64,000 bases of DNA from Cyanobacteria bacterium P01_A01_bin.123 (GCA_039815185.1 JBCBZT010000003.1:64001-128000), one strand, 5' to 3'; counted from the first letter of the stretch, positions 1 through 10,014 are shown. Program-made: numbers and translations. The notes: a model not told the origin generated them from the letters alone.

Positions 1-490
1 CACTGTGATCACCTGTTGGATTGCCCTCAGTGACGCTACTGCCGCAGCTGGCACCCTCGAAATTGCCCCAGGATCTCACCAATGGAAGTGCTCGGATACT
101 GTTCGTTTCCTGCATGCTCCTCAAAATGATTACCGCGCCCCTCTCTGGCAAGCGGCGACTGAAGCAGGCGTTGAAAGTCCCCAAATTGTCCCTATTGAGC
201 TTCCGCTTGGCAGTGCCGTTTTCTTCCATGGCAACCTCTGGCACGGGTCAGGCCGTAATCGCACTGCTGACCAAACTCGCCGTAGCCTTTCCATCACTGC
301 GCTGCCTGCTGCTACTCAATTTCAGCCGCTTGACATCGGCACGGGCTACATCTTCAGCCGTTATCGCCGTATCGGAGATTTGTCCATGGACGATAGCTTC
401 TTTCCAATACTTTGGCAAAAAGACGGCGATCGCACCCCGTTTTTACAAGAGTATTGTCAAGATGCCTTATTGCCTGAGCTCAAGCCGTAG
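1..490 (+). CDS. Phytanoyl-CoA dioxygenase (PhyH) family Fe(II)/2-oxoglutarate dioxygenase, 5'-truncated by the window edge
   Basis: ORF contains TCWIALSD..GTLEIAPGSH and the distal FFHGNLWHGSGRN..RRSLS motifs typical of the PhyH family. Confidence 0.8.
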   Translation, partial: TVITCWIALSDATAAAGTLEIAPGSHQWKCSDTVRFLHAPQNDYRAPLWQAATEAGVESPQIVPIELPLGSAVFFHGNLWHGSGRNRTADQTRRSLSITALPAATQFQPLDIGTGYIFSRYRRIGDLSMDDSFFPILWQKDGDRTPFLQEYCQDALLPELKP

Positions 491-561
491 CTGAGATGGG
501 TGAATGATTCTGAGTTAATCGCAACGAGTGCCGACAATTAACAACTCCCCCTCCTCAAACT

Positions 562-1374
562 ATGTCTTCCAAAACCCTCCGCTTGGCCAGCTTTGATGTC
601 GGTACCGATGACCTTAAATGGTGGGCTCCGGAAATTATCGAACGCTATCCGGGTGGCTTTTACGACATGCACCAACAGCTCTTCCAGCAGGTCTGTCGCG
701 AAAGCCAACCCAGTGACCTCGGAGGGGTTGAATTAACCGACGTCGACCTGATTAAGTTTGAACCCCGCCAAGGACAATACCCCAGCAACGAAGATCTGGA
801 TAATCTCGACGGCATCGTGATTTCGGGTTCTGCCAGTGGTGCATACGATCAGGATGACTGGTTGCTTCGCTTACAGGAAGTGCTGCGTGACTACCATCGG
901 CAACAGATCAAAATGTCGGGGTTTTCCTTCGCCCCTCAGATTGTGGCTCAGGCGCTCGGTGGCAAAGTCGAGCCCAACCCCCCTGGGACGGAGCTGTCTG
1001 TGGTGACAATTCGCCTTAGCACTGCTGCCCAAGCCTATTTCGGTACTGAGCGTGAATCCTATGCCATTCAGGTACACCATAACGATGGGGTTACCCAGCT
1101 TCCTCCTGGCGCAGTGTCCCTGGGCACTAGCGGTGTCACCGAATACTTGGGCTGGATGCTGGGGGGCCACATCTTAGTTTTTTCTGGCCATCCCGAATAT
1201 TCCCGCGACCCTTGGATTTTGGAGCGCATGATGTTAGTAGAGCGCAAGGATCGTCTCGTCCCGGCTCAGCTAATTGATTTTGGCTTGCGGGAGCTATGGA
1301 ACCCCACAGATTATGTCTGGCAGACCCAACAGCAGTTTAGATTTTTCCTAGGGCAATTCAACGTAAACGACTAA
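562..1374 (+). CDS. Class I glutamine amidotransferase-like protein with Ser at the nucleophile position
   Basis: DGIVISGS, HNDGV..LPPGA and GHPE motifs; canonical GICFGHQ reads GFSFAPQ. Confidence 0.75.
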   Translation: MSSKTLRLASFDVGTDDLKWWAPEIIERYPGGFYDMHQQLFQQVCRESQPSDLGGVELTDVDLIKFEPRQGQYPSNEDLDNLDGIVISGSASGAYDQDDWLLRLQEVLRDYHRQQIKMSGFSFAPQIVAQALGGKVEPNPPGTELSVVTIRLSTAAQAYFGTERESYAIQVHHNDGVTQLPPGAVSLGTSGVTEYLGWMLGGHILVFSGHPEYSRDPWILERMMLVERKDRLVPAQLIDFGLRELWNPTDYVWQTQQQFRFFLGQFNVND

Positions 1375-2166
1375 TCATGCCGTTAGTTCTAAGACAACGG
1401 GGGCGTGATCACTGGGTTTTTCCAGCTTGCGGGGGGCGACATCGATCGTACAGTTGATCGCACGGTCATACAGGGGGGGAGATAAATAGTGGTGATCAAT
1501 CCGCCAGCCCAAGTTACGGCGAAAGGAGGCAGCGCGATAGTCCCACCAACTGTAGTGGCCGCCGTCTGGGGTGAATTTGCGAAAGGCATCGGCCAGTCCC
1601 AAAGACAGCAAGTCTCTCAGGGTTTCTCGTTCTTTTGGGGAAGCCATGATGTGAGTGTCCTTGCCCTCTGGATTGTGGATATCGAGGTCATCTAGGGCAA
1701 TGTTAAAGTCGCCGCAGACATGAAGCGCTGGATCTTCCTGAAGTAAAGTTGCCAGGTAAGTTTTCAATAACCCTAGCCAGCGGAGTTTGTAAGCATACTT
1801 ATCGCTGCCTATAGAAGACCCGTTGGGGACATAGAGATTTACGACGCGGGTGCCTTGGCAAATGCCTGAAATCACCCGTTTCTGGTCGTCTAAATCGCCC
1901 ACCGCTTCAGCCCCTAGAATACCCGTGAAACCATAGCTAACTGATGCTAGCGGGGCTTGGGCAATCAACGCTACGCCGTTGTAAGCCTTTTGGCCAAAGA
2001 CATAGGGATGATAGCCCAAGTCTTTAAAAGCTGCGCTTGGGAAATCAGCATCAACGACCTTGGTTTCTTGCAGGCAGAGCACATCCACTGGGTTTTCTGT
2101 GAGCCAGTCAGTGACGTGCTGCAACCGAGTGCGGATGGAATTGACGTTCCAGGTCGCGAGTTTCAT
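1375..2166 (-). CDS. xth: Exodeoxyribonuclease III
   Basis: MKLATWNVNSIR, LCLQETK, GDFNIA, WWDYR, GWRIDH and PSDHAPV motifs. Confidence 0.95.
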   Translation of the reverse strand: MKLATWNVNSIRTRLQHVTDWLTENPVDVLCLQETKVVDADFPSAAFKDLGYHPYVFGQKAYNGVALIAQAPLASVSYGFTGILGAEAVGDLDDQKRVISGICQGTRVVNLYVPNGSSIGSDKYAYKLRWLGLLKTYLATLLQEDPALHVCGDFNIALDDLDIHNPEGKDTHIMASPKERETLRDLLSLGLADAFRKFTPDGGHYSWWDYRAASFRRNLGWRIDHHYLSPPLYDRAINCTIDVAPRKLEKPSDHAPVVLELTA

Positions 2167-2175
2167 AGGAAGAAT

Positions 2176-2682
2176 TTAGGTTTCTAGGCGGCAGCGATCG
2201 CCTGAATCACAGGCTTCGCTAACCAGTTGCTGAGTCTGACGCCGAGCGACTAGGGTTGCCAAATCAGGACGACCCGTCAGCTTTAAGCGCCAATTGGCCC
2301 ACAGATCATAGAGCGTATCAATGATAAAGCCAATGACAGGCCATCGGGTTGGCGCATAAATCCAGCCGATGCCTAAGACGTTATAGACCTGGCGAAAGAC
2401 TTCCACATTCTGAATCACTGTGCCATCGGGATATACCGCGTGGATGCGGCCCATGGCCGTTTCAAAATCAATCCCCCCGTGCTCGGCTGGGTTGTAGTCT
2501 GCTGCTGCAATATCTACAAAGGCCACGAGCGCACGACCAGCGTCTTTCTTTTGCAAAAAATCGACCTCTCTCAGACATAGGGGACACTCGCCGTCGTACA
2601 GCAGCTTAATTTTCCAGGCTGCTTCTGATTTCCCTTGGAAATGAATCTGATTGGCCAACTGTGGATTTTTAATCGAGCCCAT
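2176..2682 (-). CDS. DCC/DUF393 family thiol-disulfide oxidoreductase
   Basis: LLYDGECPLC (DxxCxxC) motif; start placed at ATG 2682. Confidence 0.85.
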   Translation of the reverse strand: MGSIKNPQLANQIHFQGKSEAAWKIKLLYDGECPLCLREVDFLQKKDAGRALVAFVDIAAADYNPAEHGGIDFETAMGRIHAVYPDGTVIQNVEVFRQVYNVLGIGWIYAPTRWPVIGFIIDTLYDLWANWRLKLTGRPDLATLVARRQTQQLVSEACDSGDRCRLET

Positions 2683-2934
2683 GACATCAAAAAAATTGAA
2701 CGATACTGTGAAACTAAAAACTGTGGGATTCAGAAAAGTAATCGCGTCTACTTTTTTATTTTCTCGGAAAAGTTGGATCACTGCATGAAAAAAGATTTAT
2801 TCCCCTTGGACGAGGATGCATTACCCGTATTTTTACGGATTAATGATGTTAATTCCGTGAAATGGCTTGCCTATTGAGCAGATAGGCAGTATCTCTACTA
2901 AAATCATTAATCTCAAATCAGGTTCACATCGTTT

Positions 2935-2940
2935 TACAAT
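2935..2940 (+). promoter_or_regulatory. Putative -10 box (TACAAT) for the downstream structured RNA
   Basis: TACAAT lies about 7 nt before the 5' end of a long rod-like structure; no good -35 seen. Confidence 0.4.
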
Positions 2941-2946
2941 TGGGGT

Positions 2947-3120
2947 CGGCGAATTTAGACTCAGCGATAGCTCATGGCTGACTCATGATGGGGATGTATT
3001 ACTGTCTGGAGGTTGGGCATAATGCGGATGGCAAAAAGGCTATGCCGTTAATAGCGGTGGGCCGCAATTTCGCCGAGTTGCCAGAGCCTGAGTCGCTGGG
3101 AAGGGTCTAGATTTGTTTGG
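2947..3120 (+). ncRNA. ssrS: Probable 6S (SsrS/SsaA-like) RNA
   Basis: Intergenic ~175-nt rod: 2948-2960 pairs with 3105-3117, 2961-2968 with 3092-3099, 2970-2984 with 3075-3087; central bubble and inner stem GGCATA/TATGCC; G-U pairs favour the + strand. Confidence 0.5.
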
Positions 3121-3204
3121 CAATCTACTCAAGCCACTTTTGCTTGGAAAAATCTGTTTTGTCTGAGCTGCTTCGCTTTTTTATCTGTTGGGTTAGTCGG
3201 TTTT

Positions 3205-5544
3205 ATGTTCCATTTTCGTTCGAGTTCAATTCAATTGGCGATCGCGTTGGCCAGTTCTCTCGTCGGTAGTGTTTTTCTTACCCTGGAACAAGCCGTCTTA
3301 GCCGCACCCCAAATTCAATCCTCAGATGCAGCTGATGCAGCCCAGCCTGGAGGATCTAGCGATAGGGCTATGTCCCTGGCCCTTGCAGTTGAGGGACAAC
3401 ACACTGCTTTGCTGGCGATGAAACCTGATGGGGAAGAATCGGGTGAGGAATCCAGGCCAAGTACTGAAGCCAACGGGGCACCGATTCAGTTAGAAATTTC
3501 TCCGGAATCGGGTCTGTTGCGACCCAATGGCGTTACCTCCGTTGCCCCCTTGACAACGCCTGAAGCGGAGACGCCTCAAACTACCTCATCGGGAACAAAT
3601 GCTTCTGGCGGGGTTAACACTGCCCAAAGACAGCCGCTAACCTCTGAACAGCGATCGCGGCTGTTACGTCAAATGCAGCTCAACAGTGAAGATCCAGCCG
3701 ATCAAGCAGAACCACCCGGTTTAAATGTGCAGCCCGGCAACCAGCCGATTGCGCCGTTCATGGCGCTAGCCATGCGCCAAGAAATGGATAACTTGATGGG
3801 GCGCTTTGAAAGTGCTTATTTGCTCGCAGCGTCAGCCGATCAACCCAGCCAGTTGCAATTAGCTGCAGCCGCCCCAATCTTGACGGCCAGCAGCGAACCA
3901 GTAGAAGTGGCTTCTGGCCCAACCACAGCCTTGCATCCTGTGTTACTCGAAGCTCAACAACTGATGCAAGACTGGCCTAGTTTGATGGAACGGCGGGAAT
4001 ATGCAGAAGCCCGCGATCGCTGGTTAGCCATTCGGCGATCGCTGTGGGAAAACTTCCCCCTCGATCAACGCATAGCTCAACCTGAAATCCGTGCTATGTG
4101 GCTAGACCGGGGCACCATTGTAGAAGCAGGTTCAAAGCAGAGATTAGCTGAGTTGTTTGATCGCCTCCAAGCCGCTGGCATCAACACCGTCTTCTTTGAA
4201 ACTATCAATGCGGGTTATCCCATTTACCCTAGCCAGATTGCCCCCTCTCAAAATCCCCTCACTCGCCACTGGGATCCCCTTGAGGCGGCCGTTGAGTTGG
4301 CCCACGAACGGGACATGCAACTCCATGCCTGGATATGGACCTTTGCAGCGGGCAATCAACTGCACAATAGCCTGCTGAACCTGCCAACCGATTATCCTGG
4401 CCCGATTCTTAACTCTCATCCCGATTGGGCGGCCTACGATAACCAGGGCAGCATGATCCCCATTGGTCAAACCAAGCCTTTCCTAGACCCAGCCAATCCT
4501 GAAGTCCGCAGCTATCTTACCCGGTTGATTACAGAAATCGTCACCACCTACGATGTAGACGGTCTGCAACTCGACTATATTCGCTACCCGTTTCAAGATC
4601 CCAGCGCGGATCGCACCTATGGCTATGGTATTGCAGCTCGACGAGAATTCCATCGTCTAACGGGTGTAGACCCCATTAACCTATCGCCTCGTGATCGGGC
4701 TGGCGCAACTCAAGCAGAACGGGAACGGGAACGGTATTTGTGGAATCGCTGGACTGAATTTCGGATTCAGCAGGTCAGTTCTTTTGTGGCTGATGCGGCT
4801 CAGATAGCTCGGCGTCACAATCCTGATATTGTTATTTCCACCGCTGTGTTCTCAAATCCAACCCACGAACGCTTACAAAAAATTCAGCAAGACTGGGAAA
4901 CCTGGGCCGTCAATGGCAACGTCGATTGGATTGTGCTGATGAGCTATGCCCTGGACACCGCCCGCCTCGAACAACTCGCTAGTCCTTGGCTGGTGAACAG
5001 CGATTTTAACACCACGCTGGTGATTCCAGGCATTCGGCTGTTGAACCTATCAGAACCCGCTGCCATCGACCAGATTCAGGCACTGCGAGATCTGCCCACC
5101 AACGGTTATGCCCTATTTGCAACCGCTAACCTCAACCAGGCGTTTGAAACCATTCTTAACCGCACCCAAGGGCCGGCTGACTCAGATATTGCAGAACCCT
5201 TACCTCAACAGAACCCTTACCAAGCTGCCCTGTCCCGCTATCAGGCCCTCCAGCGAGAGTGGAACCTACTGCTCGCCAACCAGCAAATTATCATGGATGA
5301 AAGTAGCCTCAATCGCTGGATTACCGACGCTAATCTGCTTGAAGAAGCCTTGCAAGACCTGGCTGAAAATCCTTCAGATCGCCAACTGCGTCAAGTCCAG
5401 TCGGGCATTAACCAATTGCAGATAGATTTGCTCAGTAGTGGTATTACCCTGCGATCTGCCAGCAGCACCTATCGCCTCGAAACCTGGCAAAACCGTCTGA
5501 CCGCTTTAGAACGCCTAATTGCTTACGGCGAACAACGACAATAG
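3205..5544 (+). CDS. Exported glycoside hydrolase GHL10 (YddW/DigH-like) family protein
   Basis: Signal peptide, EIRAMWLDR, GINTVFFET, LHAWIW, FLDPANPEVR and DGLQLDYIRYP motifs. Confidence 0.85.
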   Translation: MFHFRSSSIQLAIALASSLVGSVFLTLEQAVLAAPQIQSSDAADAAQPGGSSDRAMSLALAVEGQHTALLAMKPDGEESGEESRPSTEANGAPIQLEISPESGLLRPNGVTSVAPLTTPEAETPQTTSSGTNASGGVNTAQRQPLTSEQRSRLLRQMQLNSEDPADQAEPPGLNVQPGNQPIAPFMALAMRQEMDNLMGRFESAYLLAASADQPSQLQLAAAAPILTASSEPVEVASGPTTALHPVLLEAQQLMQDWPSLMERREYAEARDRWLAIRRSLWENFPLDQRIAQPEIRAMWLDRGTIVEAGSKQRLAELFDRLQAAGINTVFFETINAGYPIYPSQIAPSQNPLTRHWDPLEAAVELAHERDMQLHAWIWTFAAGNQLHNSLLNLPTDYPGPILNSHPDWAAYDNQGSMIPIGQTKPFLDPANPEVRSYLTRLITEIVTTYDVDGLQLDYIRYPFQDPSADRTYGYGIAARREFHRLTGVDPINLSPRDRAGATQAERERERYLWNRWTEFRIQQVSSFVADAAQIARRHNPDIVISTAVFSNPTHERLQKIQQDWETWAVNGNVDWIVLMSYALDTARLEQLASPWLVNSDFNTTLVIPGIRLLNLSEPAAIDQIQALRDLPTNGYALFATANLNQAFETILNRTQGPADSDIAEPLPQQNPYQAALSRYQALQREWNLLLANQQIIMDESSLNRWITDANLLEEALQDLAENPSDRQLRQVQSGINQLQIDLLSSGITLRSASSTYRLETWQNRLTALERLIAYGEQRQ

Positions 5545-5618
5545 TAATGCTTTGAGCCAATCATGGGCATGATAGATACTGCATCCCCTTGAATGTGTCA
5601 TGGGTCGACCCCTAACCT

Positions 5619-6947
5619 ATGCAACCCAACTGGCTTCGGTATCTCCCTCCCTTCATTCGCGCTAAGCTCAGCAGCTCAGACGTGCAAAAAGTTGTCGGCA
5701 ATACTGGCTGGCTGTTTGCCGATAAATTTATCAAAGCCGGAGGCGAACTCACTATCGGCCTCTGGATGGCGCGTTATTTGGGGCCTCAGAACTTTGGGCT
5801 ACTTAATTATGCGATCGCATTTATTAGTGTCTTTAGCGCGCCAGCATCATTAGGTTTACACAAGATAGCTGTGAGGGATATGGTTCAGCAGCCAACTTGT
5901 CGGGATGAAATATTAGGAACTGCTCTAATTCTAAGACTTTCAACAGGCCTACTGCTCGGTATCGCTGCACTGATCAGCATTGTTTATCTCAGACCTAATG
6001 ATAAAGTCGTTCATTGGATCGTAGGGGTCTCAGCAGCCGGCTTGCTTTTTCAATCTGCAGACGTCATCAGCTATTGGTTTCAATCTCAAATGCAGGCACG
6101 CTCAGATGTAATGGCTCGGAGCTCGGCTTATATGATCACAAATATAGCTAGAATCAGTCTTATATTAGGCAAAGCGAAAGTACTTTCATTTGGCTTATTG
6201 CCCTTTTTAGAAATAGTTCTACGCTGTGTTAACCTTACGGTTATATATCGTCGATTAGGATGCTCTTTGAATCAATGGAAATTCAGTTTTGATCGAGCTA
6301 GAGTTCTCTCAAAAGCTAGCTGGCCGTTGGTTTTATCTGGGATTGCGGTCACGATATACATGCGAATTGATCAGGTAATGATTGGGCAAATGCTAAGCGA
6401 TGATGCAGTAGGCATTTACTCCGCTGCCGTCAAACTTTCCGAGGCTTGGTATTTTATGCCAATGGCAATTGCAAGCTCTAGTTTTCCCATGCTATTGCGT
6501 TCCAAGGAATATGATAGCGAGCGATACAAAAAACAATTACATGACTTATTTAGAATCACACTTAGGCTCACTTATTTCATTGTAATTCCAACCTCACTAT
6601 TAGCAAATCCAATCATGACGTTATTGCTCGGGCAAGGTTACTCACTTGCTGGGAGTGTGTTGTCAATCCATATCTGGTCGGGATTATTTGTTTCACTTGG
6701 AGCAATTCGGGAATTATGGATGGCAGCAGAGGGGCTTACTCAATTCTCTTTTTTGACAACTACATCTGGTGCAATTATAAATATCCTAATAAACTATTTT
6801 CTGATACCTATAAGTGGGATAAATGGTGCAGCGATCGCAACACTTATCTCCTATGGATTCGCTATATTCTTAGCTTGTTTCATACACCCCAAAACTCGTT
6901 ATATTGCGAAAGTCATGGCATCCTCTCTAATTCTAATTAAGGTATAG
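5619..6947 (+). CDS. wzx: Wzx-type oligosaccharide flippase
   Basis: NTGWLF..ARYLGP..FG, multiple TM segments, IYMRIDQVMIG..GIYSAA motif. Confidence 0.85.
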   Translation: MQPNWLRYLPPFIRAKLSSSDVQKVVGNTGWLFADKFIKAGGELTIGLWMARYLGPQNFGLLNYAIAFISVFSAPASLGLHKIAVRDMVQQPTCRDEILGTALILRLSTGLLLGIAALISIVYLRPNDKVVHWIVGVSAAGLLFQSADVISYWFQSQMQARSDVMARSSAYMITNIARISLILGKAKVLSFGLLPFLEIVLRCVNLTVIYRRLGCSLNQWKFSFDRARVLSKASWPLVLSGIAVTIYMRIDQVMIGQMLSDDAVGIYSAAVKLSEAWYFMPMAIASSSFPMLLRSKEYDSERYKKQLHDLFRITLRLTYFIVIPTSLLANPIMTLLLGQGYSLAGSVLSIHIWSGLFVSLGAIRELWMAAEGLTQFSFLTTTSGAIINILINYFLIPISGINGAAIATLISYGFAIFLACFIHPKTRYIAKVMASSLILIKV

Positions 6948-7044
6948 AGTGAAAATATAGAAAGGGCGATCTCATTAATTATCTTAAGATGCTTTAGCAA
7001 AATGTTGGGAGAATTTCAGTGCGAATATGTCAATCTTATGAACG

Positions 7045-7107
7045 CTTATCCAAGTCCAGGCCTGGAGTTTTATCGGTAGGAGAACTCCAGGCCTGGACTT
7101 GGATAAG
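7045..7107. repeat. Perfect 25-bp inverted repeat (CCAAGTCCAG hairpin family)
   Basis: CTTATCCAAGTCCAGGCCTGGAGTT (7045-7069) is the exact reverse complement of 7083-7107, with a 13-nt spacer. Confidence 0.9.
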
Positions 7108-7212
7108 GTTTAAATCTCCTGAAAAGAGCAAAGATATAAAGTCAAGATAGATATATGTCTAGCAGCATATAAATTGAATTGGCAGGTAAATAGATATTCA
7201 GTGAGGTGCAAA

Positions 7213-7893
7213 ATGGGTATGGGGAGAATGATTAAGTATGGGAGATGTCTCCAGCGAGATGCGTTTATACTGGCGAAATGTAAGGACAAGAAAATTTTAC
7301 ATGTAGGGTGTACTGACCATCCATTCTTCGAAATAAATTTACTTGAAGGGAATTTACTTCATCAAAAGGTCGCCAGTATTGATACTCAGAAATTGGTCGG
7401 TATAGACGTTGCTGGAGATGACGTATATCGTATGCAAAGCCTAAATTATGATGTACGCCTCGTCAACGCAGAGTCAATGGCTAGCGACCTCCGGTCGGAA
7501 AGATTTGATATTGTGCTTTTAGCAGATGTGATTGAGCATATTCAAAACCCCGGTATTGTTATTCGTGAATCGATGCAGCTTCTAGAGCAAGATGGAAAAA
7601 TAATCATCAGTGTTCCAAATGCTTTTGGGATAATACGATTTCTGAAAAGCTTTTTCCGCTACGAACAAGTTCACCCTGACCATATTTGTTATTATAGTTT
7701 TGCTACTCTCGAAACCTTGGCAGACAGAATGGGACTGGAGGTAATAGAAATAAACTGGTATCAGTTTGAAGCAAGAGACAAAAGGTTGATTGTCAAAATA
7801 AGTGCTTCCCTGGAACGAGTTTTTACAAGATTTTTCCCTTGGCAAGCAGAAGGCTGTATTGCATTGCTCAAAAAGAAAAACGATCTCAACTAA
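7213..7893 (+). CDS. Class I SAM-dependent methyltransferase
   Basis: ILHVGC motif I, FDIVLLADVIEHI, IIISVPN; start uncertain (7213-7228). Confidence 0.8.
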   Translation: MGMGRMIKYGRCLQRDAFILAKCKDKKILHVGCTDHPFFEINLLEGNLLHQKVASIDTQKLVGIDVAGDDVYRMQSLNYDVRLVNAESMASDLRSERFDIVLLADVIEHIQNPGIVIRESMQLLEQDGKIIISVPNAFGIIRFLKSFFRYEQVHPDHICYYSFATLETLADRMGLEVIEINWYQFEARDKRLIVKISASLERVFTRFFPWQAEGCIALLKKKNDLN

Positions 7894-7925
7894 ATGCTCG
7901 GATACTTATAAATTAGAAGTAGGCG

Positions 7926-9098
7926 ATGAAAATCCTGATGGTTCACAACACTCACCTGGTACCTGGAGGCGAGGACGAGTCCTTTGCTCAAGAGAGCCAG
8001 CTGTTGAGGGAGTATGGTCATCACGTAGTGCCTTATCTGCGTAATAACGAGACGATAGCGCAACTTCCTCTTTGGAAGGTTAGCCTCCGTACCCTATGGA
8101 GTGGTGAAGATTATCAAGCTGTGCGTCAGGTAATTCGGGAGCATTGCCCAGATGTGTTGCACGTTCAAAATACCTTTCCGTTGATTTCCCCTGCTATTTT
8201 CTATGCGGCTCAGAAAGAAAGCATTCCTACGGTGATGAGCCTTCGTAACTATCGTCTGTACTGTCTGAATGCTTATTTTTTCCGAGATGGCCAGGTGTGT
8301 GAAAAATGCATTGATCAACCAGTCCCAATTTCGGGCATCCACCACAAGTGCTATCGTGATAGCCTACCTGGCTCAGTGGTCACTGCCAGCATGGTTAGCC
8401 TGCACCGACTGCTGCGCACCTATCAGCGACAGGTTGATATGTTCATTGCCTTAACGGAATTTGCTCGAAACAAATTCGCCAGCCATGGTATCCCAGGCCA
8501 CAAGCTACGAGTAAAGCCCAACTTTGTACATCCCGATCCACATGCAGGGACTGGACTAGATCAGTCAGTTCTTTATGTAGGCCGACTGTCACCAGAAAAA
8601 GGGATAGATACTTTACTAAAGGCTTGGCAGCAGATAGGCGATCGCATCCAACTCAAAATTGCGGGTTCCGGGCCACTCCAGGCTCAGGTTCAGGCTGCGG
8701 CAAACGAGAATCCTGGGATCGAGTACCTGGGACAACAGCCGATGGAGCAGATATACAATTTGCTAGGACAGGCGCAGGCGTTAATTTTTCCTTCCCTGTG
8801 GTACGAAGGTATGCCACGAACCATTGTTGAAGCTTTTGCCAAAGGCACTCCCGTAATTTCATCTTGTTTGGGTGCTATGGAAACAATGATTGAGTCGGAA
8901 CGAACAGGATTACTTTTTCGAGCGGGTGATGCGCAAGATTTAACCGCTAAAATTACCTGGATGTTGGCAAATCCAAAAAAGTGGCAAGCTATGCGTCATG
9001 AAGCACGACAAGAGTTTGAGGCATGTTATACAGCTGAGCAAAATTACCACCAACTCGTGTCGATCTATGAACAGGCACGGATTAATGCCGGAATGTAA
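7926..9098 (+). CDS. GT4 family glycosyltransferase
   Basis: MKILMVHN..GGE, VGRLSPEKG, PSLWYEGMPRTIVEAFAKGTPVI (EX7E). Confidence 0.9.
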   Translation: MKILMVHNTHLVPGGEDESFAQESQLLREYGHHVVPYLRNNETIAQLPLWKVSLRTLWSGEDYQAVRQVIREHCPDVLHVQNTFPLISPAIFYAAQKESIPTVMSLRNYRLYCLNAYFFRDGQVCEKCIDQPVPISGIHHKCYRDSLPGSVVTASMVSLHRLLRTYQRQVDMFIALTEFARNKFASHGIPGHKLRVKPNFVHPDPHAGTGLDQSVLYVGRLSPEKGIDTLLKAWQQIGDRIQLKIAGSGPLQAQVQAAANENPGIEYLGQQPMEQIYNLLGQAQALIFPSLWYEGMPRTIVEAFAKGTPVISSCLGAMETMIESERTGLLFRAGDAQDLTAKITWMLANPKKWQAMRHEARQEFEACYTAEQNYHQLVSIYEQARINAGM

Positions 9099-9871
9099 TG
9101 GAATCACGAAACATTTTAGGTAGTCGAGTAGATGGGACGAGTTATCGCGATGCTTGCGATCGCATCCAGTCTTTTGCTGAATCTAGCCAATCCAGCTATG
9201 TCATTGCAGCTAACGTTCATGTTGTGATGACCGCCTACTGGGATTTACTCTATCGCGCTATTGTCAATCAGGCGATGCTGGTAACTCCAGACGGAATGCC
9301 TTTAGTGTGGGGGCTACGATGGTTAGGCATAAAAGGGCAAACCCGAGTTTATGGGCCGGACCTAATGTTAGCTTGGTGCGGTCGTGCGACACAGTACCAA
9401 ATTCCCATCTATCTCTACGGCGGTAGTCAAGTCACTCTAGATAAGCTTGTGGCTGAACTTTTGCAGAGATTTCCTGGGTTACCTATCGTAGGCACATACT
9501 CTCCGCCATTTCGGGATTTAAGCCCCGCCGAAGAATCGGCTGACATTGACTCTATTCACCAATCGGGGGCAAGGATTGTGTTTGTGGGGTTAGGCTGTCC
9601 CAAACAAGAATTGTGGATGTCCCGACAACAAGGCAAACTAAAGGCTGTGATGATTGGGGTAGGGGCAGCTTTTGCTTTCCACAGTGGTGAAACGTCTCAG
9701 GCTCCACGCTGGATGATGCGCTTGGGCTGTGAGTGGCTTTATCGCTTTAGTCAGGAGCCGAAACGATTGTGGCAACGATATCTAATCAACAACCCAGCAT
9801 TTCTAGTCTTGTTTGCAGGGCAGTTACTGCAGACCTTCCTAAGGAGATTTCAGACCGCTTCCAAAAAATAA
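9098..9871 (+). CDS. WecB/TagA/CpsF (GT26) glycosyltransferase
   Basis: ANVH, TPDGMP, RVYGPDL, VGLGCPKQE, GVGAAF, EWLYR..EPKRLWQRY. Confidence 0.9.
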   Translation: MESRNILGSRVDGTSYRDACDRIQSFAESSQSSYVIAANVHVVMTAYWDLLYRAIVNQAMLVTPDGMPLVWGLRWLGIKGQTRVYGPDLMLAWCGRATQYQIPIYLYGGSQVTLDKLVAELLQRFPGLPIVGTYSPPFRDLSPAEESADIDSIHQSGARIVFVGLGCPKQELWMSRQQGKLKAVMIGVGAAFAFHSGETSQAPRWMMRLGCEWLYRFSQEPKRLWQRYLINNPAFLVLFAGQLLQTFLRRFQTASKK

Positions 9872-10014
9872 ACTTAGGGTTTGAGGCGATTTGGAGACTC
9901 ATAAGTCAGACTAAACGTCTGACTATTAATAGATTTGACAAAAAATCAATCATAAAAGTTCTCATTCAGCAAAGATAATAACGATCAATTTGAATATTAT
10001 TCAAGGTAGAAACA

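Noticed and set aside
3040..3110. GCCAGAG and CTGGGAAGG motifs suggesting a cobalamin riboswitch
   Set aside because: The motif order is wrong, the core GGGAA..GGTG..AATCC elements are missing, and a rod-like fold explains the region better
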